Source of the DNA: Asterias rubens
Lineage: Eukaryota
DNA: 64,000 nt
Reading direction: 5' to 3'
Assembly: GCF_902459465.1 (NCBI RefSeq)
Contig: NC_047067.1
Location: 20,956,001-21,020,000 of the forward strand
Part shown: one piece after another, positions 22,372-35,411 of the stretch
How positions within the stretch are numbered: the stretch's first letter is position 1
Layout: each line of letters starts with the position of its first letter
Notes under the pieces: generated by a model
Database searches by the model: none
What the model was told of the DNA's origin: nothing
Seen by the model: only the letters and a program-made list of their open reading frames with translations
Made by a program: the position numbers and the translations under genes

Positions 22372-25300
22372 ACTAAGGGAGACTGTCGCTATGATATTTA
22401 AAAGTATACCCAGACCCCAAATTTGCCTTGGGGGTTACTATTTATGGTTGCCACTGAGGGAACCATGGATAATGTTCTTCAACAAACAGAGGTTAGGTTT
22501 GTATATTTTTACAACATTTTTCAGTTATGTCATGTCACAGGGTGCTTGTTATGCATGTTTAAGAAAGCTTGTACTTTTAATCAGGTCTTGTAACCTAATA
22601 TAACACCACTAGTATCTGCACTATTTAGAGAAGGGACCTGACTATGTGTCCCTCAAGCCTCGGTTCGGTTACATTGATCTCACGGGGAGAAGAAGAAAAT
22701 GGTTGCAACATGTAAAGAGTTTGTGTTTAAATGACGAGACAATGTAAATAAAATAAAAAGAGAAATACATTTCGTAGCAAAACTTTTTCCTGAAACGTAT
22801 TTCTAATCCAAAAGAAACTGACTTGATACAAGAGCAAATTTGGTGTAAAAATTAAAACCCCATAATTCTCTTGGCACATCAAGCCTTTCACCAAACACTT
22901 TCCATAACTGAATTTACGATCTTTGATATCAAGAGTTGATGACAAGCCATCATTTTACGATGGACTTTGCCGTCATCCTCACTCAACCGCTATGATTCGA
23001 TCAGCACTTAGGCTCCTTCAGACAATTCTGTACTTTCCCAACGAATATAACCCTCCTCCTTTCCCTCTCCTCCCTTAAGCAGAATCGACACCATCTACAC
23101 TATGAATTAAAAACATCCGTCATCAACCACTGGTTTCATCCGCGGGTCACTGACAGGTCTTTGTGCAAGGTGACAAACCATCCAACAACAAAAACAATCC
23201 TACTTAACAATTTAATCTCTAATACGTTCAGTTATCTCTGTCATATTCAAGGAGCAAAAGAAAGCAATTTATAATAAACAGAAATCAACAACGTTTGTTA
23301 ATTGCCACAAGTGGACTGAAAAAAATATAAGGAAAAAAATAACCGTCTCCAAACGACAGATATCTCATTTCCTATCAACAGGAAAAGACGAAGGAAGAAA
23401 GCGGGAAGAAAAAAAACTCTTGTTAGGACGTCTAGCAGTGGGCCTAGCCCCTCTCTACGAACCTTAAGATAACTCATCAAGTTAATGCACACAAAAACAC
23501 TGAGGTGAACAACATGCCAATACGTATGAGCCGCTGCACAGTGTTTATTACTCCCGGGCCCCAATTAGAAATGGGGATGGTTGCTCGAGTAACGGATGAT
23601 GTCATGCCGTATTCTTGGGCCAGTGATTTTGATCAGTGCCTGATCGTGGTACCTGGCTAAAACGAGGAAATGCTGTTCTGGGTTGGAAGTTTCAGGCAAG
23701 ACAGTTTAGTGATGAGTTAAAAAAAAAAGTCTATAAAAACAACTATCAACCAAAACATGTTAACAATGCTATTCTCGGTTGTAAATTTCTAACAAGAATT
23801 TTTTAGTGACGAGTATAAGAAGATGTTGATTATCACCCCCCCCCCCCCTTGAGTGGATTGAGATAAAAGGGCAAAAGATATATTGATGTAACACGTCAAT
23901 TCAATCAACTTATTCTGAAAAATGGTTTTCAGATTTGTTTCGTAAGTGTACTGAATCTGAAATGCAATGATATTGACACAAATTAACATGCCAATTTGCT
24001 AATTTACTTTTGTTCACACTGAAATTCTAAGTAAGAGTTTCCAGAAAATGTAGAAACTAACACCTTCATTCCCTGTTGGCCGAGAGAGACAACAAAATTT
24101 AAACTGAATTAAACAACAAGAATCAATATGTGTTTCTGATAAAGGCTTGTGTGTGGCAACATACGACGGCGTACAAATATATAGATTTAATTACTAAGAT
24201 GATTAGTAAATAATGGATGTATAGCTGGAGGTCGGACACATTTGAGTGAGCTGGCTGCAATTCTTTGTTAGTTTTCATTGAGTTGATAGCACCTCTAAAT
24301 CAATGAAGTGTCTCTTGATATACAGGGATGTTTATTACATAAAATCATTGAGCCCCAAGGAACTACAAAAAAAATTTTCTTTCCCCTTCTTTTTTTTACG
24401 CCCTACTCTGCAAGCAATGAATAATAATTGTGTTCGCACATTCCAAATTTGGTTGAAAGCCCTCTTTTTATGTTTTTTTATTTTTAGATATTTTTTATGA
24501 AACAATTTCAGACAATCTCATTGGGCTGTCGCCCCCGCTTGATGTTTGCATACATTGCACGGTCAGCTGGGGTGCACAATACTGAGCGAGGGAGCATGGC
24601 AATAGGGTTGGGAATGTTGGGTTTCACATGGCCCAATCATTATGGTCAGGATTGCAGGTCTACAAGTAGGCTGGGGTGTACTTGAAGTTGTAGTCACATT
24701 CAAATACGTAAGGGTGTTTTAATGCTACATTCAAAGTTCGCACCTGAGATCAAAAGTCCACATAATGTAGGGAATTGAAACACTGTGTGGACTTATACAG
24801 GTCCACACAGTATTTTTGGACAGTGATGAAGAATAGCATTCCCAGAACAAGGGAATGTCCACAGAGTGACTACAACACAGAGCTGTATGTGTATCGGGGA
24901 GGGGAACACATTATTAAAATATAATTGAGATGAGTGATCAATCTAAGAAGGGGGATGGGTGAAGAGGGAGTGGAGGGGGGGGGGGGAAGAAATTGAAACT
25001 CCCTGAACCCCTACCCCTCTGGAGTACCTAATGGCATTTAGACATGAAGTAAATCTGACATTGATGGGCAAGCAATAAGGTGTCTGGTTACCCGTCCACC
25101 TAACCACCTAACCAAGAGACATGAATGAAAGCTACTGGCACCTGGCTCAACTTTGACACGCACAAAGTACTAATGGTCCCCGGTGAGGAGCGGGCTGACA
25201 TTACGACAGCCAGTGCGTCATAACGTGAGGCGATCAGTACTGGATTACGCCACGCTCTGATTAAACATCATTAGGTTGTCTGTAGGATGCGCGCCATGGA

Positions 25301-28300
25301 AACACATGGGGCTCTAGTGGTCGTTTAAAAACTAAATCTTTTAGAGATAAGATTGTTTGTATTTCTAATCAGCCCCCCCCCCCCCATTAAATGGATTAAT
25401 CAATTTTACATCTCAGGATAAAAAGTCTTTATTGGTTTATCAGTTGATGACTTGATTAAATAATTTCACTAATAACTGTAGTAAAAGGTATAGAAAAGGT
25501 TTAAATTTTACAATTCCATCAATTGTATCTTCAATTTTACTCCTTCATTTCAAAAACAACGGAACTGAGATTGGAAGGAAAAATAGTTAGATCCCATATG
25601 AAAATCAGTATTAACTCTTGCTGTTGCACACATTATACATTGTTTTGTAGTAACACCATGTGTGTATTTACTTGCTGGCTCGACTATGTTCTTTTCAATA
25701 CTTGACTTGCTTTAGATTTTACTACCTCAAGTAGATTATGGCAGCCATGAACAAGGTCTCTACAATGATGTAAGACACAAGGACGTGACAGAGAATACAA
25801 TCTGAAAATCTTCCAGCATTCATGTTCAAGAATATCATTCACTCAGTTTACTGTAAATTATCAAAGGTCATTCTTTGGGGGCATCTTGGCGTTAATTTCT
25901 GACGTCCAAATACAAGTACTTGGTATACTTAACCATTGCCCACAGCTGTACTCTCACCGACATACGACATACTAACTAAGTTGAGCTTTTATAGGTCAAG
26001 TTGCCCCACTAACCCTTTTTCATTTGTTCCATTTAATCTTGTACTTCTCTCTCACAATGATGAAAAAAGGAAAACAGTGGCCCAAGTCAATATCATCTTC
26101 TGTTTTCGCTGACAGCAAATATACTGTAAAAAAATAATTCAAAGTGTGCTTGGGCATTATCATTTCAAAATTATGATATGGTTTCTACACATAAATATAA
26201 TTAAACAGAAAAAATATAATTAAAGAGACAAACTAAACATTGTAACTTTTTGTTTGCAGTTTCTTGAAAACATGAAGACAAACAGCTTCTCTAATGAAGA
26301 CTGGGAATATGCAGCCCTAGAATTTCATGTTTGAGCGGGCACTTTCATTGGCAAGTCTTGAAGTAAATGGGGCACCAAGGACGAGACCTGAGGCAATGGG
26401 GCCTGAATGGCCTGCATGTAATGCCAGGCCTGAGCATGTTACATAGCCGAGGTCCTACCGACTGACAAGGATTAAACCTTGGGAGTTATTGAAATGATTT
26501 GATGCAGGAGAATTACCAAGCAATGACATCTGCTGGGGTTTATTGGATTACAATGGATAAGAATGGGGAGAAAAAAACCACCCAAATAGATTGAAATATC
26601 CTTTGCCTCAAACTCTAGCCAGTATTAAGCCTTTATCCAGCCTGTATATTTCATGCAAGAAAATGAGCTTTACATGTTCTCGTTCTTTGTATCACAGTCC
26701 CAGCCTAATCTCACTGCCACTCCCCCCCCCCCCACCCCCGGGTCAATGAGGGCTATCATTGCTTAGTATGCGCTGAAGCTGGAGATAGCAAAAAATGTGG
26801 GGAGGTTGGGGGGGGGGGGGGGGTTGTAAAGTTTCCCAACCATTTAGCTGGAAGGTCCTAACTTCTTCATTCTATATTTGCAAAACTGGCTGGCCAAGAT
26901 TTGTTTTAGTCTTGTTGATGTATTGTAATGTTTATCCTATTTTGCCTTTTCAATGGTCATTTAGTTTATAATTAAAAACATAAAAAATATAAAAAAAAAG
27001 GTTTTATAAAACAAATTATGTTATTTTATATAAACAAAATCTCATTCTCACTGGTCATATTTGGGAAATGTTAGTGTCCGAAAGGGGATTCTCAAACATA
27101 TATTTAAAGCAAAAATAAAAAAAAGATTATGAATTAGTTAAGTCTGCTTTTCTGAATTAGAACCACAATGTCAATTGCAGAAGAAAATGTCAAGTAAACA
27201 ATCGCCCACAGGTTTAAAATACAACGTGTAAGTGTCTCACTGAGACACTCAGTCTCTTTGCCCATATCTTACAAACTTATGTTTCCTTCAAAATAAGCCA
27301 ATACCACTACGAGATACAAACTCTCCATTCTTGCATCCATCAATGCATCCCAGTCACTCAATATTAAATTATTGAATATCAACATAAATATCCTCTTCTA
27401 TAAAACAATATCAAAAATCTGCATCCAAGCCTCCCCCTTCTCTATGTGTGGACAAGGCCAAATTAGAAATCTCACTCTAGGTGGAAAGAGAACAGACTCC
27501 TTAATTAGTGGACCAGCTGACTCACAACTGCCAATGTGTAGGATCGTCTTAGCATCTTGTTCAATGGCCTCTGGCTGGACACAAGATGCCTTCTCACGAC
27601 GTTGGATAACATGAGATGCAACCTATATAATAATCAATGGTTCCTACTCATCCTTTTTATGTGCATGGTGTGATGGTAGGGGCCTCACTATTTCGTGATG
27701 TTTGCCCATACACCTTCATCATGCTGCCACCATCTTGGTCATGTTCCATGTATCCAATAACAGCAGTGAATGCAAGAAAAAAGAACCAGACTACACTTTG
27801 TTCTAGCCTCGGTCTAATTAATACACTGATTTTGATTTTGATACAGTTTTTGTTGAGTAATATTATCCTATACGCTAAGTTTCTATTCTTAGCAGCTTTA
27901 TTATCGGACCTCAACATGCAAGGGGAGGGGGGCACTTGTAAGCATAATTTGTTATCTGATGTTCAAACAGTTGATTGGTTGGATCCAATCACATGGTTCA
28001 TTACAGCTTGATTATCTACAGGGTTGTTAGCTTTTGATGGTTGGTTGGGTAAATAGGTTAATCTTTATATCAATGGTTTAAAAGCCAATGAGCTAGAAGT
28101 TACTGGATAATTAATTGCTTTAAGTCCAGTCTTATCTAAAGTGTAACATGGTCTGTAGCAAACTGCATTCATGACTCTGAGCCACGACCTCTCAATTTGT
28201 TAATACTATTTTTAATAATTAAAATTTCATATCCTTTGCTTTTTAAAAACCTTAATGATGTGAGTATAATGAACATCAGTGTCATTGTTTAAATCAAATA

Positions 28301-28672
28301 TTTGTTAAGATATCATATTTATTTGTATTCGTATGTATTTCTTATTTTATTTGCTCTGTTGTATTGCCATGTTTGTGTGTCATTGTCTGAAGAAAATTAA
28401 TAAAGAAAATAAATTTACTTTGGTCTCCAATTAAATTGTCATGTTTGCTTTTAAATTTGCAAGCACTTGCAGTGAGGACCAGATCTAGGTCATAAGGTCT
28501 ATGGATCATATTAATTGTTTAGATTATTTGCCCTGTTGTATTGCCATGTTTGTTTGCCATTGTCTGTTTGGCTGAAGAAAATTAACAATGAAAATAGTTT
28601 AAAATGAAAAAAGTTCATCAGGCTGGTAAAATATCAACTTATTAAATGTACTTTCTAAGAAACACAGCCAAG

Positions 28673-28722
28673 TACGTAATTTTGTTTACGTTTCGACTTG
28701 TTTCACTAGTCATCCTCAGAAC
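28673..28722 (-). ncRNA. Minimal type-I hammerhead ribozyme motif, sense to the pre-mRNA
   Basis: GTT-CTGAGGA-T-GACT(agtgaaaca)AGTC-GAAA-C-GTA-AAC: intact core, 4-bp stem II, palindromic ACGT stem III, only 3-bp stem I. Confidence 0.55.
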
Positions 28723-28939
28723 GAGGCACCACCAGTCGGTTGGTGGCGCTGTTGCCTGCTTCGGCCACTGGCTGGTGGTATGGCCGAGTGTGGGTACAGA
28801 GACGAGGGAGGGTATGAACTATCACACATATGGGACCCCCTCATACCCCAAGTTCCACCCCGGGGAGGACACAATCAGCCAAACCACCATCTAGTGGCCG
28901 AAGCAGGCAACAGCGCCACCAACCGACTGGTGGTGCCTC

Positions 28940-28989
28940 GTTCTGAGGATGACTAGTGAAACTAGTCGAAACGTAAACAAAATTACGTG
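28940..28989 (+). ncRNA. Minimal type-I hammerhead ribozyme motif, antisense to the gene
   Basis: GTT-CTGAGGA-T-GACTAG(tgaaa)CTAGTC-GAAA-C-GTA-AAC, with perfect 6-bp stem II. Confidence 0.55.
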
Positions 28990-29959
28990 AGTATTTGGCT
29001 GTGTTTCTTAGAAAATACATTTAATAAGTTGAAAATAGTTTAACTTTTGTATCCCATTAGAATGTCATGTTTACTTTCTATTGTCTGCTTGGCCCAATTA
29101 TTTTTTCAAAAATAAAAATAAAATAACAAAATAACAAAAAGACTAAATAATATAAAACGTTCTATCTCTGGGTGGTCGAAGCATCTCTTGATACTTACTT
29201 GATCACAGCCCTTTTAAGTTTAAGAGGATTTGTGTGTAGTTATTATAATCAAAATTTGCATTTGAATACAAAGTGTCACTCATATCAAACAGGCTGTCCA
29301 CCGTGTGAACTGGCTTCTCTTCAATATCCCAGGTTTCTGAGAAGGACTTTTCCTTTTTGTAAAACATTAACAGCATAACAAGAGCGCTTAGAAGGGGCTT
29401 GTTAAAATAAAATAAAAAAAGGCAACACAAACTAGAGTTTTAAATTGCCAGAAGAGCCCAGTGTATGGGTATAAACACAATTAAGTAATCTTATGTTAAT
29501 CTGTTTGAAGTGATCATCTTCTACAACTACTGTATACACACAGGAAGGAAGGTAGATATTTTCAAAAGACTTACATTTGACATAAATAATGACCTTGTAT
29601 TTCAGGTTATTTCCTGACAGGCAGAATACTTCACTGGTTACATGAGAAATGTTACAGTCTGTATCTATCAAGTACTAAACAAATAACAGATGAACAAGTT
29701 CTGGGATTGCTTACCACAGTAATCAGTACTTTTCAGTGACTTTTATCATTGATAACTTAGTTTATAAATCAACATTATATTGACAACAACTAATAAACTA
29801 TGACCCTACCTTTAACAAAATGTTTTGTCTGATGCACTGCTCAAGACATTTCAAAGGTACAAATGGTGTGTGTCTTTACAAATTAGAAATAAAATTAGCT
29901 GTTGCAAACAACTTCCCAACCAAATGGACCGATGGTATAAATGCAAAAAATAGTTAATG

Positions 29960-29998
29960 GCCTGACGTTTCAACCCTGGCAGAGTCTTTCTCGAAGGC
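29960..29998 (-). ncRNA. Degenerate variant (U3-A8 type) Penelope-associated hammerhead motif
   Basis: GCCT-TCGAGAA-A-GACTCT(gcc)AGGGTT-GAAA-C-GTC-AGGC: 4-bp stem I, GUC site, but C at core position 4. Confidence 0.4.
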
Positions 29999-30353
29999 TA
30001 AAAAATTAGAAGGCTTACAAATTAGGTTAACTTTTTTAAATAGTTTTCATGGACCAAGATTAAAATGGTCAATGTGATACTTTGAACTTGTGAAAATAAA
30101 GTAAATCGGGAGAAATTTTCCACCATGCAAAGCATAAACCCAAATGGTGTTGGTAATTTGTAACTTATTTCTTGGTTAAGACCGATAAGCAAAATGTTTT
30201 CAAATTGTATTTTATCTACTTTTATATGGTTGATTTTATACTCCAATAAAACTTATCGTGAATTGATACGACCAATCCACATGATAATTATAATGATTTA
30301 TTAATAGAAAGGCTGCAACTGGTCAATGGTTAGTAATATACAAGTTGTCTTAC

Positions 30354-30453
30354 CTTAACTGCTAAATCTTGGTGAAGCTTTCGTCCTTTTGGGCCGTCTA
30401 TTCTATCCAATTTGTTCGTGCTCAATTTTCTCACTGGACTAGTCAGCCACTTC
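30354..30453 (-). CDS. KALRN/TRIO: Exon (KWLTSPVRKLSTNKLDRIDGPKGRKLHQDLAVK)
   Basis: gttcag acceptor, AAG|gtaaga donor, phase 2-0; KWLTSPVR is a Trio/Kalirin hallmark. Confidence 0.95.
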
Positions 30454-32279
30454 CTGAACATAGACATTGTGATGAAGACAACAATTTGACGATTTAGAAA
30501 AGAAAATTAATATAGAGAACTGACGTAAATAGAGAATGGCCAAAACTATCGGTGACGCAGGGTAGAACTATCTTCAGTAGTATCTCCAAACATTCAACAG
30601 TCAAAACAGACACTTAACCCTGAGGCAAAAGCTGGATAGATTATAGCACAAGCCAAGACCACATCAAGGTCTTTATGATGTCCCTCACAATGGTGGGCGA
30701 TCAGACTCCTACTACGTACAGTCTCTGTATTTACACATCAGCGTATACAACAGTGCTAACATTTCCTTGAATGAATATATATTCACTTCTCGCTAACCCC
30801 TAACTAGCCTGTCCCAACTCATCCACAGAGATATCACTGTAGAGGTGGGCAGCATTTCAACCGTACAAATTCTGACTGGGCATTATTGCCTCATTGCCTG
30901 ACATCCACTTCATATCTTCTTTGGTTACCATTTTATAGGAAGTGCAGCCTGTCCCATGGGCGGAAGGTCAGGGCTGGTGTAATTACAGGAAAACCACTGC
31001 TCAGGGAATCCCCAAAACACATATTTTATAAAAACAAACCACTATTAACCAAAAGTCAAACCACGAACAAACAAATAAACAAACAGCTGTACCATCCAGA
31101 AATAAAACAAATTCTCTGAATCAACAGAGTTTTGTAACAATTGGATACAGAAAATAAGAGGCACTTTTCCCATCTATCTGTGAAATATTGCAGACCCAAG
31201 GGGTTGTAATGAACCCAACCATAAAATAATAAAAAAGTGATGTAGCCCAAAGAGAAGAGCCTGGAACTCCTGACTAGCCTCAGAAGAGCATTGAGAAGGA
31301 TTTGTTTGTAGGATATATTGCATTAACTCAATGGAAATATATGACGTACACCCCATCACCGCCAATGTCCTTTTACTACAGGGAAATCATTTCAATGCTG
31401 AGAGATGAATGGCTACGTCATACCTACCCAATTCCAAGACAATTTTCCCAACCGCACAACAAAATTTCTACGGAAAATAGCAATTGTATATGAAATGAGG
31501 AGTGATGCACAATGGTCAATCTAAAAATAAATGTACCTAGAAATACAACTAGGTGACATTTTGATACCAAAAAGTAATTGGAGTTGAGACTCTGTTAATC
31601 ATAACATCTTACCAGGAAAAACTCACACACAAAATCAAAATAAATGAAATAAGTATAAGTTGGTTGGAAATAGAGCTGTCGTGTTCTAAGAAGGAAGGTT
31701 GAGCGAGTTTAGAGAACCTTGAGAAAATATGAATGTATAAAGCTTCCAAGAATTAACACCTTCAAGCAATTCATTTAAGATGAAGGTCAGATAATTTAGC
31801 TGAATCTAGAGAACTTGGAAATGGCGGTGTTTGGAAACCCAGGAACTTAGTTCAATAAAGTATTGGTAAGGATAAAAAACTTCATTGTGAAATATTGTCT
31901 GGGATCTTATTGATTATGAAGCTCATACAAGAAACCTTTTTTTCTGTGAAATATTTCCCTGTGAAATGAAGTAATATTCAAGAATACTGAATCTGAATAC
32001 CTAAAAAGTAACAGCTGATTTTCATTGTTACAACAAAGATGTACATGCTGAATATTGTACATGGTTTTTCACTATTTTCTCCTGACTCACACATGGATTA
32101 AGCCCAAATTTCTACATATTTTTTTGTATTTCATCTTTACCCCATGGTTGATCAAACAAAACATGAACACTGTCTGCAACTAAAATGTAACCTCTACCAA
32201 TCCTGTACAATACTTTTAAAGATAGCAATGAAAGAAATATTTCCTTAAAGGTATTGAACTGAAAAACAGAAGTACTCAC

Positions 32280-32361
32280 TTGATACTGCCCTTCCGTTTC
32301 GGAATAGGATGGTCGTTGTTGTTTATTGGTAGTGTGTTATTTGCAGACCCTGCTTCCAAAT
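32280..32361 (-). CDS. KALRN/TRIO: Exon ((D)LEAGSANNTLPINNNDHPIPKRKGSIK)
   Basis: tttcttgtgtacag acceptor, AA|gtgagt donor, phase 1-2; joins in frame to KWLTSPVR, like recalled Trio PGPKRPGNTLRKWLTSP. Confidence 0.88.
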
Positions 32362-33694
32362 CTGTACACAAGAAAGCATAAAAAACGATACTCAGTCATT
32401 AAGCAAGTCTATTATTTGGGATGGAATTTAGGAAGCCATTTGACACCTGCGAAAAATTACATACCTCAGTTGGCTTTTGATCGATTTTGGGGCAAAATTA
32501 TAGACGCTGGTTCAGGGTTGACTTACTTAGGGTCTTATTTGGCCATATGGCTGTGTGATTTGTATGTACGGTAACACTGACGAAAACCTTGTGCCATGCA
32601 TGTGTGTTTACACATGAAATTAGTTCCCTACTTAATGCAAATTTTATGCAAAACTTTCCAATCTTAAAATAATCATCAATGCTCTTTAAAACAAATGCTA
32701 TTTCAACTTAAAAATAATTGAGGAAACAGTGTATCACAGAATGTGCTGATAACATCCACAAATTGTTTTTATAGAAAAATATTTAATGATTAAAAACAAG
32801 TTATCTTGTGATCAACCACTCTTCTTGCAATTCAATAAAATGTTGGAGAATGCTTTCTTCTAAAAACCAAGTCAGAGACTATACCTGTTCATTTTCTGAT
32901 GCTCATTGTCCAAATTAAACCATATCATAAATTCTCATCATTTATGAGCGAATACTACATTCAATTTAACACATAAATCCCTCTTAAACTAAAGCCAATT
33001 GTTCAAAATGGAAAGGCAATTATCTAGTTGCAGTTTAAAAAATAAAAGCAGATGAAAATGATATAACGGTCCAAGGCTTGTGGTTAGACCTTGATTCACT
33101 GATGAAGGATCAAGTGTAAAAACCTACAGGCATGGTCAGGTAAAATGAGAATAGATTACAAGTAAATGCATTGTCAGCTGGCAGAAGTCAAGGGTAATCT
33201 ACACATACTTTCTACCTTGAACTTTATCAAAAAACTGTCTGAAATCCAATTCACCAAAAGACTTCACAATTAACTTCAAAACCATTGATGAGTAGTTAAA
33301 ACTTGAACTGGGCCCAATTTCATGGCTCTGCTTACCGCCATTTTGTGCTTACGATATTAACATTCTCTACTCACATGGCAAGCGCCAAATTTCTGCGCTA
33401 GCTGTGTAAGCGAAGAATGCTGTGTAAGCGAAGAATGCCTCGTAACATTGGGTATGAACCCACACAAGCACAAATTCCCTGCTAACCCTTGAAATATTCT
33501 TGTTTCTCCTGTCAGCAATTCTTGAGAATACTGATTGGTTTTCTTATGGCTTTAATGTACACATAAACAACATAGAAATTTAAAGGCATCAGGGAATAAT
33601 TGAACCAATGAACTAAAAAAAGAAGGTCAAAATGAAACCGTTAAAATACTAAGAGGAGAACCTTTTGCTTTTTAATTTAATGTTTTTTTTTCCT

Positions 33695-33753
33695 TCACCA
33701 CTTAAACAGAGTCAAAGTCCGACAGCCACCCACAGATATCGGATCAAAGAAAT
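33695..33753 (-). CDS. Candidate alternative terminal exon ((D)FFDPISVGGCRTLTLFKW-stop)
   Basis: Strong tract ttttttttcttcttctccacctgactcag; phase-1 frame ends in TGA; ATTAAA follows shortly. Confidence 0.3.
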
Positions 33754-33969
33754 CTGAGTCAGGTGGAGAAGAAGAAAAAAAATGTACATGACTTATAAAA
33801 ACTGTTCAGTGTAAACAAATATATGTAATAAATCAATAATGTCCATGGAGCCATCTGTAAGACACCTCACATTGGACAATCTGTGTGGATCTTCGATCAG
33901 CCATGTACTCCATATATGCAACCCTGGAAAGGCACCCCCCTCTACCCTTCATGATTTAGAGGGCAAAAT

Positions 33970-34020
33970 AGCGATTGGTTGTCAGTGAAAGACGTCATAG
34001 CGTTACACCAATGACGCAGT
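33970..34020. promoter_or_regulatory. Candidate promoter/enhancer: two CCAAT boxes and two CRE-like sites
   Basis: gattgg...gacgtca...ccaatgacgca within ~45 bp. Confidence 0.3.
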
Positions 34021-35356
34021 TCATGTGAATGTAGTAGACCACTTGATCCTGATACAGTGTTCTAGGCTGGACTGTACTTCAACACTGACTGAATAATATA
34101 TGACATGCCTGTAGATATCTCAAGGAGAGGCAATGGAAGGTGAAGGGGGCCACAAAGGAGGTGATTACGACCTAAGAGGCAAGGGGAAGGGGCAAATTAA
34201 ATGGTCAATTGTCATGTTATGTTTTGTGTTAATCCAGTTTTAATTTGAATGAACAGATATCTTTACGCGTCCAATTTATGTATGATTGGTTGAATGGTTT
34301 ATTTATAAAAAGAACATCGCTGACAGAAAGCAATTTTAAGGAATAAATTAAGCATCTAAGAAAAGTAAACAAAAATTAATATTATGAAAATTTCAAGCAG
34401 ACCCTCTTTTTTTTTAAAAGCAGTATGAAAACATATGGTATAAACAGCAGCAATTCTATTCTACGTCAGTGGGCCTCAATAGTCTCTGTAAAGAATCTGC
34501 AGCTCTCGTCAGAGGCACTGGATGAAAATCTAGATTAGCCAGGTCACCCACAACCCCAGCTCTTCCAGTCTCTTGGAGAAACAAGCCACGATATTAATAC
34601 GGGGAAGGGGAGAGAAGGAAAAAAAGAGGAAGTTTCATTTGGCTCGAATGCGGAGATGCATTCACAGACCGAAAGACGATAAATGACTTCAGGGTTCAAG
34701 CCCTGTCTTGTAAAATGTCAAGTTTGTCAGAGATGCAAAAAAAGAAACATTTGACATTGAGTGATTTTTATGAGATGACGCCAGTCCGCGTAAAAGAAAA
34801 TAATTGAATAATTTCTTGAGTGAATATTTCACGACTGTTTATACTTTGTATTTTGTCTACTCAAATGAGAAGTGTTAGAGGAAGGAGAACCAAAAAACCA
34901 CCCATTAATTTGATTGATCAAATAATAGAAACTTTGCTGATTGGTAGCTGACAAAGTTGAAATTCATCAGAAGGTTTAGTTTCCTTTACTATACAGGCAC
35001 ATGTCACTCAAGTCCCTTGTTTGATTAATATTGTAAATGACAGGTCGTAAAGTTAAAACCTTGAACATTTCAACCAGGTTATGTTTTAGATGAATACACC
35101 AGTCTAATCAATTTAAAATAAATGTATTAAAATTATGTATTAGAAATCAATAACATTGAGAACATATCTGCAGGTTTTTGTTTCTCCAGCCAAGTAAGAT
35201 AATTGCCACATGACGTTTACAACAAAAGAGAGATAAAACTATTTGGTGATAGACACTATTTATCATGATGTAAATTATGGTATATAAATCAAGCCTTAAT
35301 TTATGTCATGTCACTTAAATTAAAAAGAGAGAAGTCTAGGTACATTATACTATTAT

Positions 35357-35411
35357 GCTGGTGCATGGAGGAAGAAAATAGGCTGGTGCATGGAGGAAGA
35401 AAATAGGCTGG
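35357..35411. repeat. 25-bp tandem duplication
   Basis: gctggtgcatggaggaagaaaatag x2 plus partial. Confidence 0.9.

Larger units (their letters stand above)
28634..29032. mobile_element. Long inverted repeat (~150-bp arms, 93-nt spacer), probably inverted Penelope-like element termini
   Basis: Arms 28634-28784 and 28878-29032 are near-perfect reverse complements; each carries CTGAGGA-T-stem-GAAACGT. Confidence 0.8.

Noticed and set aside
23298-23655. Alternative exon near 23651 / ORF MSYLKVRREG
   Set aside because: All frames stop quickly or lack good donors; no family similarity.
29199-29210. 12-nt microexon GGCTGTGATCAA|gtaagt
   Set aside because: No usable polypyrimidine tract at the acceptor.
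33075-33130. CTGATGA hammerhead-like start
   Set aside because: No GAAA or closing stems.
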